The notes beneath the pieces were generated by a model, which saw only the letters and a program-made list of their open reading frames with translations, was not told the origin of the DNA and ran no database searches. Source: Eledone cirrhosa (taxonomy: Eukaryota). Taken from it: a DNA stretch of 64,000 bases. The stretch spans positions 50,282,001 through 50,346,000 of the forward strand of contig OZ024741.1 in NCBI GenBank assembly GCA_964016885.1, read 5' to 3'. Shown here in pieces: positions 25,931 to 37,980 of the stretch; position 1 is the first letter of the stretch, and every line of letters starts with the position of its first letter. Position numbers and translations under genes: made by a program.

Positions 25931-27397
25931 TGTAGTGTTGTAGAATTGTAAAACTGAGAGACTGCAGTATTATGGTATTAAAGGGTTGTAGAAATGTGCC
26001 ACTTCAATAGTTCCATTCAGTGATAATCCACTTCTAAGAAATGACAGGAACTAATCAGAAAGTAATTTCCCCAACATCATCATCACCATCTTTACTTCAA
26101 CCAACAACACTGATATCTATACCTCTCTCTCCCTCACACTACCATTTCACGTTGAAATGTTGTCTGGGGTGGTATACTATTCTTGAAAAAGGACAAGACA
26201 GTTATGGCTGTAACATCTCTGATCATAGGTCTGCTCTATCAAGGCCTTAAAAATTTTACCACCACAGACATGTTCACTGCTACCAACACCATTGCAAAGG
26301 ATATCACCAACACCATTACCACCAACATTAATCACTAGCTAACCACTATATGATAGTCCAACCTGCTAGAAATAGCAATTAAGTCTGTAAAATCACATCC
26401 TATCAACCTACATATGGCAAGGATACAAGCTACTCCTTAAAAAGAAATATGGGCTTTTGATTTACTACCACCAACACCAAAATCAACCCGGCTATCATCA
26501 CTAAACTGCCATAAATACTACTATCACAACACCAATACCATCAACACCAGCATCATCAATATCAATACTACTAACACAACTAGCACCACTACCATCACCA
26601 TCAACACCACCATCACAGTATCAATACTACTATCACCATTAACACCAACACCGCTAAAATACTTGCTTGCATTATCAGTTAACAGTAAGTAGGAGACAGT
26701 AATTTACTAATTAAGAGAGGATAATTAAAACCTTATTAAAGAAAGGTCAAAACTTTCTGAAATTGTCAAGATGGAATGTTCTATCTACTTCTGAACTTCA
26801 GTTTTCAAAGTTCAATTTTCACAAGAGTTTATGTTACATTGGGCCAGGATTGGCAACAAAAAGCTCTCTCTTTTACCTGTTTCAGCCATCCGGCTGAGGC
26901 CATGCTGGGGCACCGCCCTTGCTCTGTATACCTTTTTTATGTTCTGAGTTCAAATCAGGGTAAATTGTCTTCTATCCTTCTGAAGTCAATAAAATAAAGT
27001 ACCAGAGATGTACTGGGGTCGCTCTAATGGACTTACTTCCATTCCATATAAAAAAAAAGAATATAATAAAAAGAATAAATGGAGTGTTGGAGAAATGACA
27101 TATCTGTCAATTCTGTCAAAGTTGACAATGTCTTTCATCATTACAGGGGTCGATAAAGCACCAGTCATGTATTGGGGACAATTTAATCAATTAACCTCTA
27201 CCTCTAAATTACTGGTTTTGTACCCACGTTAAAAACAATTCTTATTGATCTCTAAGGCAGAAGTCATCAAAATATAAAAAATTAGATTGTGCAATATTGA
27301 TGCCATTTACAAAGGTAACAGTGACACAAGTGAAATAAAATGGCTAGAATTGGGGCAAAGAATAAGTCATTAGATGGAGAACATTGACACTGAGGTA

Positions 27398-27840
27398 GTG
27401 CATGGATTCATTGAAGCTCCGACGTCTGGCAATGAACTTGGTAAACACCCACAAAGTTATTAACCATCTCGCCAACAACAACTCTGAGCACCTTTTTGAT
27501 CTCCATGTGTCTAACACACGTGGACATGCCTACAAAGTCAGAAAACAGCACAGCTCCCATGACTTTCGGAAACATTTTTTCACGCTCAGAGTTGCTGAAG
27601 CATGGAACAAACTGCCTGCGTCAGTTGTTAGCTGCCGAGACACTGCATCCTTTAAAACCCTCATGCTTCCCAAAATTCGCCAAAACTACACCTGATGTCC
27701 CCCTTCCATACACATGCACACGTGTATATCATGACTCATTTTCCTGACGTTTGTACATTACCCTATGTTCTATACATACACTTTTGATGAGTTGTAGTGC
27801 ACCTGAGCACTGTACACAATATTTTCATTATTATTATTAT
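27398..27840 (+). mobile_element. CR1-clade LINE 3' end
   Basis: SLKLRR..NTRGHAYKV..RKHFFTLRVAEAWNKLP is the typical CR1 ORF2 C-terminus; 3' UTR and (ATT)n tail follow. Confidence 0.85.
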
Positions 27841-28237
27841 CATCATTATAAACTGATGTCTAAAATAACAGCAGATAGTCAACACCATCACCAGTATAAC
27901 TGCTACAACCACCACTACTATTTCCACTACCACCACTAACATTATTACCACTATCACTACTAGTTTTGAATATCTAAGAAACAATGACTACTTATTCAAA
28001 CTTCTGGGGCAGTGTGTGTTTGTATTATATATTGGTTTATTGTTGTGGGTAGGTAGGTGAAGGAACATGTGTGGGTGTTATGTATAGTGTGTGTGTGTGT
28101 AAATGTGTGTGTGTAATAAGCTCAGATTAACAATGATGTAAACATTTGATGTAGGAATGAAAAGTGAGCTAGCAGACTATTGTCAGCTGAGTAGTTGGTG
28201 GGGGGCTCAGTGAAATATATATATATATATATATATA

Positions 28238-28433
28238 ACGAAGGAATTGTGGTAAGGAACCAGATAGACCATAACGCACCAGAGTACTCAATACTTAGGG
28301 TAGTAGAGTGGGTAATAGAAAAAAGTATGACCCCGACGGCAGAGCTCAAGCCGTTTCGACGGCTATTTCTAGACTGAATCTAGAAATAGCCGTCGAAACG
28401 GCTTGAGCTCTGCCGTCGGGGTCATTCTTTTTC
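28238..28433 (-). mobile_element. PLE terminal-repeat fold-back insert in (TA)n with a 47-bp perfect hairpin and half-hammerheads
   Basis: Arms 28327-28373 and 28379-28425 are exact reverse complements with loop CTGAA. Each strand reads stem II-GAAA-CGGC..GAGCTC..GCCG-TC^GGGG but lacks CTGANGA. Relatives at 54590 and 61517. Confidence 0.75.
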
Positions 28434-28456
28434 ATATATATATAATATATATATAC

Positions 28457-30040
28457 ACTCCCCCCCGGCCTGAACTCCCCACCCTTATTCCTTTAGCCTT
28501 CGACCGCCCCCCTCCCCCCACACTTAAACCCCACTAACACCACTAACACACCCCTCCTTTTCACCGCCCACCCCACAACTAACAATACTAACACTTCCAC
28601 TCCACCCCTCATCTGACCACCCTTCCCCAACTAACATACTAACATCCCTTCCCTCCCCTCTTCTCCTCCTCCCCCCTCCTTATCACACGCACACACCCAC
28701 CGGCACATATATACACGCGCTCACACTAAACACACACCCTACTACCACCACTAACCCTCACCCCCACACCTCCATCCCACCACCCCGCAACTAACCTCAC
28801 TAACACCCCCTAACCCCAAGCACACGAACACACGCACCCACTTACACAACCCACCCCACACGCAACTAACATCACTAACACCCCCCAACCCCACGTACCC
28901 ACACACCCTCGTACACCACCAACTCTACACACCCTACCACCACTAACCCCCACTCACACCTGCATTCAACCCCTCCCCACCTCCCGTATACTAACACCCA
29001 CTAACACCTCTTCATCAAACTACACACACACCAGTACACCACACACCCTTCTCTCCCCGCTCCACCCACACCCTCGCTCCACACTCACTCATCCTACTAA
29101 CACCCCTACTAATACACACACACACCCTCCTCACTCCAACTTTCACACCTACCCATCCTCGCCCCCTTACCATTCCACCGACTGCTGCTATGCCCTCTGA
29201 CCACCTCCCAGCACTAACAGACCACAGCACTCCCACTGCTGACCACTTCCTGTTGCGCGCGCGCCCCACATCTCTCCTCTTCCGACCACCGCTTCATGGA
29301 TTACCCACACGCAGAAATTCACCTACAACCAATCCACTAAACATCTTTGGAATTTACCAACTTTTCAACCATCCTCTTACGTAATCACCTATATAACTCA
29401 CCCACACACATACACCAAAAAAATTTTTTTCTCCACACGCCACCCGCACCCACAACACGCTTAAACCCCACACACACGTGCTTTCCACCACATATTTACA
29501 CCCTCAGCCTCTTGATTCCTCTCCCCCCACCCCTCTATCCACACACGCACAGACACTCCGACCCACAAACACACCTCTTCCTGAACATGCAACCCTGTTC
29601 TTCCCCCAACCCTTACTTTCACACACACACACACACACACCTTCAACCCTCCCCGCTCGGACACCCCGTCTCCCTCTCCCCACTCCACCACCCCTACACA
29701 CCCCACACCCTTCCACCACCTGTTTACCCCCCTTTTAATTTCAGTTTATTTTGATCATGCCTTTATTTTTAAATTTATCTCATTCCTTGTATTTTGATCA
29801 TGCTTTATTTTTATTTTTATTTTTACTTGTTATTTTTTCATTCGCACCGTTTCCTTTCGCTATATGTCTCTCCACCACTCCCCTACACACCCTTTGAACT
29901 CTGTTCCCACACACTTCTCACCTGAGGAAGGGCTTATGCCCGAAACGTCGTCCCCCACCTACACCCCACTCTCCAGAGCGTGAAATTAATAAACATTTGT
30001 TGTACTGCCTCTCTGTTTTGTCCCTGTTCAAATTTTTCCA
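28457..30040 (+). mobile_element. Probable PLE 3' segment with long C/A-rich repetitive UTR ending in a hammerhead
   Basis: Begins right after (TA)n with LPPGLNS, resembling the PLE GIY-YIG C-terminal P.GLN. About 1.3 kb of C/A-rich degenerate repeats follow, then the HHR at 29920 and AATAAA. Confidence 0.5.
29920..29951 (+). ncRNA. Minimal type I hammerhead ribozyme motif
   Basis: AC-CTGAGGA-A-GGGC(TTAT)GCCC-GAAA-CG-TC^GT. Intact core, perfect stem II and GUC site; stem I is only 2 bp. Confidence 0.7.
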
Positions 30041-30042
30041 TA

Positions 30043-30389
30043 TCATCATCATCATCATCATTTCATTTTACGTCCGCTTTTTCCCTGCTTGCAAGGGTGG
30101 GACGGGAACTGATGCTGGCTTGATTTCTACAGCTGGATGCCCTTCCTAACACCAACCTCATTTACAGTGAGTGCTGGGTGCTTTTTTGCCGTGGCACCTC
30201 CACGACCACTTTGCAGTGGAATGATAGGGACCTCAGTCCCTATCATCTCATTTCTACAGCTGAGTAAACTGGAGCAATGTGAAATAAAGTGTCTTGCTCA
30301 AGGAAACAACACATCACCCGGTCTGAGAATTGAACTCACAATCTTTCGATTGCAAGGCCAATGCTCTAACCACTAAGCCATGTGCCTCC
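30043..30389 (-). mobile_element. Composite SINE: tRNA head + CORE-like body + RTE 3' tail
   Basis: A and B boxes; gagcaagacactttatttcacattgctccag body; internal hairpin gatagggac/gtccctatc. The 3' part is nearly identical to the RTE UTR at 24310-24450 and ends in (TGA)n. Confidence 0.85.
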
Positions 30390-30419
30390 ATAATATATAT
30401 ATATATATATATATATGTA

Positions 30420-30451
<32 letters not shown>

Positions 30452-31165
30452 TATAATATATATATAATATATATATAATATATATATAATATATATATAA
30501 TATATAATATAATATATAATATAATATATAATATATATATAATATATATATAATATATAATATATATATAATATATATATAATATATATAAGCTCACGGT
30601 GGAGATGACGAGGGACCATGACGAGTGGAGAGATGCTGTGCTGAATAAGACCCGTCCTACCCTTGCAAGCAAGGAAAAGCGGACGTAAAATGATGATGAT
30701 GATGATAATATATATATATATATATATAATATATAATATATAAATATATATATAATATATAAAATATAATATATATAAATATATAATATATAATATATAT
30801 AATATATATATATATAATATATATATATATAATATATAAATATATAATATCATTTCATTTTACGTCCGCTTTTTCCCTGCTTGCAAGGGTGGGACGGGAA
30901 CTGATTTATATATATAATATATATATAAATATATAATATATATAATATATAAATATATAATATATATAATATATAATATATATAATATATAATATAATAT
31001 ATATATATAAATAAATATATATAAATAAATATATATAAATAATATAGAGGCACATGGCTTAGTGGTTAGAGCATTGACCTTGCAATCGAAAGGTTGTGAG
31101 TTCAATTCTCAGACTGGGTGATGTGTTATTATATATATATATTATATATATATTATATATATAAA

Positions 31166-31533
31166 ATGAGATCGTGTAGGTGTCACGACAAAAAACACAC
31201 AGTCCACGCTGTAAATGTGGCCGTGTAGGCAACACGGTAAAAACCTCCCAGCCCCACACTGTAAATGTGGTTGGTGTTAGGAAGGGCATCCAGCTGTAGA
31301 AAACCCGCCAGACAGTCCACGCTGTAATATGGCCATGTAGGCAACACGGTAAAAACCTCCCAGCCCCACACTGTAAATGTGGTTGGTGTTAGGAAGGGCA
31401 TCCAACTGTAGAAAACCCGCCAGACAGTCCTATGCGAGCAAGACAACCACTCTTGCCTCAAGTGGGAAAACCCCCGTCCAAACCCATGCAAGCGTGGAAC
31501 ACGGACGCTAAACCTGATGATGATGATGATGAT
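31166..31533 (+). mobile_element. RTE 3' UTR fragment with an internal tandem duplication, in (TA)n
   Basis: Matches 9488-9750; the cagtccacgctg...gccagacagtcc block of about 110 bp occurs twice. Confidence 0.85.
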
Positions 31534-31862
31534 ATATATATGTATAATATATATATATATATGTATAATATATATATATATATGTATAATATATATATAT
31601 ATATATGTATAATATATATATATATATATATGTATAATATATATATATATATATAATATATATATATATATATTATACATATATATATATATGTATAATA
31701 TATATATATATATGTATAATATATATATATATATATATTATACATATATATATATTATACATATATATATATTATACTATTATACATATATATATATTAA
31801 TGAAGTAATTCTGTCGGAAAAGTCCAGGAAAAAAGAGTGCTCTATGTAGGTAACAGAGCTTA

Positions 31863-32050
31863 ATAGTTATGTAATAAACAACATAAGGCAATTATTCCAT
31901 TTACCAGTGGTTTCTTAAAAGCAAAGAATTTTGCTTTCAATCATCACAATGAGGATTTTTTCATTCTGATGATTGAAAGCAAAATTCTTTGCTTTTAAGA
32001 AACCACTGGTAAATGGAATAATTGCCTTACGTTGTTTATTACATAACTAT
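31863..32050. repeat. Fold-back inverted repeat (about 90-bp arms, 8-nt spacer) in (TA)n; PLE terminal-repeat remnant
   Basis: 31863-31952 and 31961-32050 are reverse complements with only a few mismatches. Confidence 0.9.
31959..32018 (+). ncRNA. Type I hammerhead ribozyme motif
   Basis: TTTCATT-CTGATGA-TTGAAAGCAAA(ATTC)TTTGCTTTTAA-GAAA-CCA(C)TGG-TA^AATGGAA. 7-bp stem I, 11-bp stem II, near-palindromic stem III and GUA site. Confidence 0.75.
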
Positions 32051-32134
32051 ATATATATTATACATAAAGAAATATATATATATATTATACATATATATAT
32101 ATATATTATACATATATATATATATATATATATT

Positions 32135-32166
<32 letters not shown>

Positions 32167-33979
32167 CATATATATATATATATATGGGTGGTAGTAGTGG
32201 AAATGGAAGGCATGTGGCTGAGTGGTTAGAAAATTGGTTTCGCAATCATGATTTTTCTGCCTGGATTTGCGACTGGTAGATACTATTAGCCATTGGAGAA
32301 ACTAATGGAAAAATTGGTTCCAATTTGACGAGCTCCACACAACTCATTAAGCAAATGAGGTTGGGGATCTTATCAATTGACTATTATATATATAGTATAA
32401 TTAAAATGTTATACCACTGTATTGACCTCGACATAATTTAAACTTAAAGTACAGAAAGCTGAAACAAATATAACAAGATATATCTGCCTATTTGCCACCC
32501 TCAGAAAACCTGTTTGTAAATCTCATTAAAAATGTTTTTTTTAAAAAAGACCGTCAAGGGGAATGACAAGGCTCATGATTCTTTTCAGGAGGAAAAGGAG
32601 GAGGTAAACCTGGTCCAAATGTTTGGACTCTGCTAAAGGTCTTCACGGGCCAGGTGGTGGTATTAAACTGAGCGACAGGTTCAGTCCACCTCCCAAGTAG
32701 GTTGTGATGGGATTTGAGCAAAAAAAAAAAAAACATACAGCCTAGTGCTCTAATAATTCCACCAGCTCACCAACCTAGACTAGAACTTTAATTATTGACC
32801 CCAGAAGTAAATCAAAGTCGACTTTGGTAGAATTTGAACTTAGAACATAAGGAACCAGAATGAATGCTGCAAGGTCTTTTGTCTGATACTAATGCTTCTG
32901 CCAATGGAATACAATGAAATAAAAATATGAAGAAAACATCCCCCACACATACGGCTACCAATAACAATAACAGCACCAACAGGTGAAGTTGCTCACCTGT
33001 TGGTGCTGCCATGGTTACCTAGAGATAGCAGCCAAATTTCTCTCAAGTCTCTCTGTTAAAAAAAGTAAGAGTGTATAGGATAATGTAATCTTAGGTATAT
33101 GTTCAACAATGAACACAAATGGGATTTCTTTGACCATAAGTTTGTTTGGATCAGAGTAGACCTGAAGAAGCCTCTACCTGCCTATGTAGAAACTCAACTT
33201 ATAGAAATAGCAACCAAATCTCCTTCAAATTACACTATCGTCTTAAAATAAACAGGCCCACAAGATAGAATGGTCTTAGAAACACTGAATAAAGGGGACA
33301 GGATTGTCACAATTGAAATGCTTTTGATCATAGATCTGTCTGCTCAATCTGTGTTGACCTGGGGCTAAACAACAACAACAGCTACATCATCATCGCCAAT
33401 AACACCACTATCAAAACCAATAATATAGTGGGAATGTTTTCTAACTTTTCTTTAACCATGGTAAATAAAAACAGGGAGTAGAGTACACAGAGTTTAGAAG
33501 AAAATGGTGTAGGAGTCCAAAGAAAATGGTGTAAGAGTCCAAAGAAAATGGTGTGGGAGTCCAAAATAAATAGTGTAGGAGTCCAAAGATAATAGATCTC
33601 TGTCTGTTTTGATGATGAATATTTAGTTATTTCGATCAATTCAATTTATTGCCCATTGAGTTAGCCATGTATGTGGTTGAGTATTCCATAGACACTTGTA
33701 TGCTTAATGTAATCCTCAGGCAGAATCAGTGCAACAAAGTGTGTGACATGACTGATCCTTTCACTTACAGGTACAATCTATCTTGCATTATAGTGTAAGT
33801 GGCTGTGTATTCCACAGGCACAGTATCAACTAGATACCCTTTATAATACCAACCCTTTTAGTCTCCTCTAACAACATACAAGAACATGGTTTCGATATTC
33901 TAAAAATCAAGATACACATATATACACTTAGTATAATTCCCAAACAGAATCAGCAGGATCCAATGCATGACAAGGTTGA

Positions 33980-34088
33980 TCCTTTCAATTAAAGGTAGAA
34001 TCCTTTTGACAGCTTGGTCCTTTGAATTACAGGTAGAATCCTTTTGACAGCTTGGTCCTTTGAATTACAGGTAGAATCCTTTTGACAG
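33980..34088. repeat. Tandem repeat, about 38-bp unit x3 (tcctttgaattacaggtagaatccttttgacagcttgg)
   Basis: Directly visible. Confidence 0.85.
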
Positions 34089-36409
34089 GTTTCCATACAA
34101 TTTCCATCTACCCAATTTCAATCACAAGGCTTGGGTCATCTCTAAGCTATTGTAAATGACATCTGGCCAATGTACCACACTGGGATCCAACACGGGACTT
34201 TGTGCTCAATTGCAAAGTGAACTTTTTAACCATTCATCCATGCTTCGTCTATATAGTGTAGGAGTATGTAAACACACAGACCCCCCCCCCCCATTTAGAA
34301 GCATTACAGGAGTGTAATGTAAACATATACATATCATAGATGTATTATAGGTGTGTGTAGTGTATAGTTCAGTTATGAGTAAGAATGTTTAAATCTGGAC
34401 TCACAAGAAAGAAATTCTTTCAGTATTTCTTTATTTTTTGTTGGATTTTGTTTGGGTTATTTATTATCACTATCTTTATTATTATTTTATTTCATTTTGG
34501 CAAAGATCTAAAAAAATAAATAAATAAATAAAATTTCATTTTTAGCAGGTATTTTTGGCACTATTCCTGACAGCAATTCGACTTTGGAACTATTATTACA
34601 CCACACTATCAGCTTTGATGTTCTCCTGCCCACCGTAAATGGATCATTGTTTACACAATCTTGGGTAGTGGTGTGTTGTAGACTGGAGTGGTATGGTATA
34701 TTTGTGTTAGGTCATCTTGTACTGTTTGTAATTCCCCCCCCCCACACACACACACACACACACAATTGCCCACACACCTGGTGGCATGTGCTGATTCAAA
34801 CAAAATTTCATCTGATTAAAATACTAACTAACATGCTAATTCTATTCATTAACATCTTTACCAGCAAAACTTTAAAGAAAATAGTCACTATTAATCATAG
34901 ATGTGTGTGTTGTGGATTCCCTCAGAGACCCAGAGCAATGGTTCCTCATGCCCCTCATAAGCAATATGTTCTGCAGCATTCACCAAATACCAGTGGCATA
35001 TACCATACTTAAAATAAGGTATGCAGTTGTATCAGGAAAGGCATCCAAACATAGAAAATATGCCACAAAAGATCTCCAATTCATGCAAGCATAGAAAAAG
35101 GATGAAAAAACGATGTAGATGATAATAAACCCAAGCCAGTATAAAAAAATAGATGTAAATACCAATGATACATAAATATCATGTTGGTACCATGATAAAA
35201 AATACCCAGTCCACCCTGTAAATGTGGTTGGTGTTAGGACCAGCAGTAGAAACCAAGCCAGAATCAGTTCTGTATGGGCAAGACATGGTCATCTGATCTG
35301 GCTTGTCTCACCACGGGACAACCCATCTAACCCATGCTAGCATGGAAAAATAGTCGTTAAATGGTGATGATGATGATATATATATATATCAATACAGAGT
35401 GAAAAGTGGTTCATTCAAACAAAAATGTGGTACTGAGCTGTGTCCCCCATGTTAATGTCCATTTTATATCTAGCAATAAAAATGAAATTAAGCACCAGGC
35501 ATAGGTGTCCATATAACTGACGAAAAAACTCAAAATCGTGCTCCAGCATGACCACAGTCAAATGGCTGAAACCTGTAAAAGAAGGTGTCTCAGTCTGACT
35601 GTATCTGTTTATGTCTCCTCACACTAGATGCATCTTCCGAGAGATTACCATGTCTAGAATGGTGATCTTTTTGGCTTGAGACAGCCTATACATGCCCACA
35701 AGACCTGCTAGAAATAACAACCACATGACCCTAGAATCATACTTTACTGTATTACAAAGGGAAGGATACTTTAAATAACAAATATTGAATAACATAATCC
35801 TAGATATATTATGACTCGATTTTAAAAAAAGGTACGATGGTCATGGCAAGAATACCTTTGGTTATATATAGGCCTGTTGAATCAGCTGATTTGGGCCTAA
35901 ACAACAGTCAAACCCCTACTTTCAGAGTCAGAAACGTCTTTGGCTGTGAATAATTAAGAGAACTTATTCAATGCACATGTGATCTCCCACTCCCAACATT
36001 GAGTGAGTGGGATTGGTTGTATGGTTGGGTAGATAGGAAGGTGGGTTGCTACATGTCAGGTGTGTGGTGAGACAGTTGACACCTCTTTACAATGTTGTCT
36101 TCCTATCCAGGGGGAAAAGATGGGTGTTTTTAACTCTATTCAAAAGAAGCTTTGAAGAAGAATAAAGAGAAATTTGGCAGAAGGAAATCCAAAGAATCAG
36201 TCTTCAACAATACAACAGTGGTATTAAGAAAACGACTGTATATGAAGCAATAAAAGAGAGAGGGGTGGCAGAATAAAAATAAGTGTGCAGCAGAGAGGGA
36301 GAGAGAAATTTATTTAATTCAATTTTAAATTAAATATCATTTCACATTTCCTTTCATTATTTGAACTTAATTAATTAACAAGTGGAGGAGGCAACATCTT
36401 CACACATTT

Positions 36410-37063
36410 TACCACCATTACCACTACTACTACTACCACCACAACCACTACTACTACCATTACCACCACTATCACTACTACTACCACCACCATCATCACT
36501 ACAACAACTACCATTACCACCACTATCACTACTATTACCACTACCATCACTACTACTACCACAGCCATTACCATCACAACCACTATCATTACCACCACAA
36601 CTATATCACTACTACAACTGCCACCACCACAATGACTACCATAACCACCACTGTCACGACTACTACTACCATCATTATCACATTTAAAAAATATATCTGA
36701 TTATTATTTATTTAAAAAGCTATGGCTGTTGGATTACAACACAGGAAACATGACCACCTCCACCTCATACCCAGTAGTAGTAGTAGTGGTGGTGGTGGTG
36801 GTTGTGGTTGTAGTAGTAGTAGTGGTGGTGGTGGTGGTGGTGGTGGTGGTGGTGGTGGTGGTGGTGGTGGTGGTGGTGGCGGTAGTAGTAGTAGTGGCGG
36901 TGGTGGTGGTAGTAGTAGTGGTGGTGGTGGTGGTGGTAGTAGTGGTTGTGGTTGTAGTAGTGGTGGTGGTAGTAATAGTAGTAGTAGTAGTGGTGGTAAT
37001 AGTAGTAGTAGTATTGGTGGTAGTAGTAGCAGCAGTAGTAATAGTATCAGTGGTGGTAGTAGT
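36410..37063. repeat. (ACT/ACC)n tract followed by the complementary (AGT/GGT)n tract
   Basis: 36410-36680 is ACY-rich and 36773-37063 is RGT-rich. Source of the poly-V/G/T ORFs. Confidence 0.9.
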
Positions 37064-37980
37064 AGATTTCTTTTGTATACTTTTATTATATTCTATATCA
37101 CTTTTTGTTTTTCTCCTCCACCGCCACCACCCATTTCTTGTGTGTAACAAAGAAATCATTATCATTATTACTATTATCATTATTATCAACATCAAAAACA
37201 AGCACAGATGATGAGTTAGAAGAGACAAGCCTGCCCCTCCCCCACCAGTTATTTTTCTTCTTACCATCTTATCTCTGATCATCAGCACTACCATCATCAT
37301 ATTCATCATAACTACCACCACCATCATCATTAAGAGACTAGCTGTTGGGGTGGTGATGGATGAAACTAACTTTCACCACAGAAGTACTCTCTCCCCCATC
37401 CACCCTCCTTTAGTACCTACCACCTCTGCACCATCACCCCCCCCCCCCCCCCCCCCACCAATTAATTCTTCACTCATTCAACAAAACTAAACAACATAAT
37501 TTCCTGAACACACAACAACCCCTCATCTCCAATCCCCTCCCTAGGTAATAAAATATGAAAGTTTGAGGTATCAGAGCCTGGCTTCTCCCCCCTCCATCCC
37601 ACTACCCACATCTTGTGTGTAACAAAGAAACCAGGGGGTGGGTTGGATGCAACAAAGATGATGGTTTGGTAGGTGAGGAAGAGATGAGAGTTTTTGAGTG
37701 AATCAGTAACACACACACATGTATGTAATCTGGGAGTTTTCTGAATTAAGTAGCTACATTGAAACCAATCTTCAAAAAAACTACGAAGATTGGAAGTTCA
37801 ATATATGGTTAAATGTCTACCAAATATAAACAAAAAAAAATGGAAGCTATGAAAAGATTCAACAACAGAAACTTGTTTTACAGCATCCTATTTACAGTTT
37901 CCTATTTACAGTTTCCTATTTTACTTTTCTTATGCATAATCTTCCTCCCACTGGCCTCAATATTTTATATATATATATAT

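Noticed and set aside
30314-32279. Y/I-rich ORFs
   Set aside because: Microsatellite translations.
33505-34088. Short direct-repeat arrays resembling CRISPR (also 43975 and 45520)
   Set aside because: Contiguous tandem units without unique spacers, eukaryotic context and no cas genes.
36371-37330. Poly-V, poly-G/S, poly-T and Pro/Leu-rich ORFs
   Set aside because: Translations of trinucleotide repeats.
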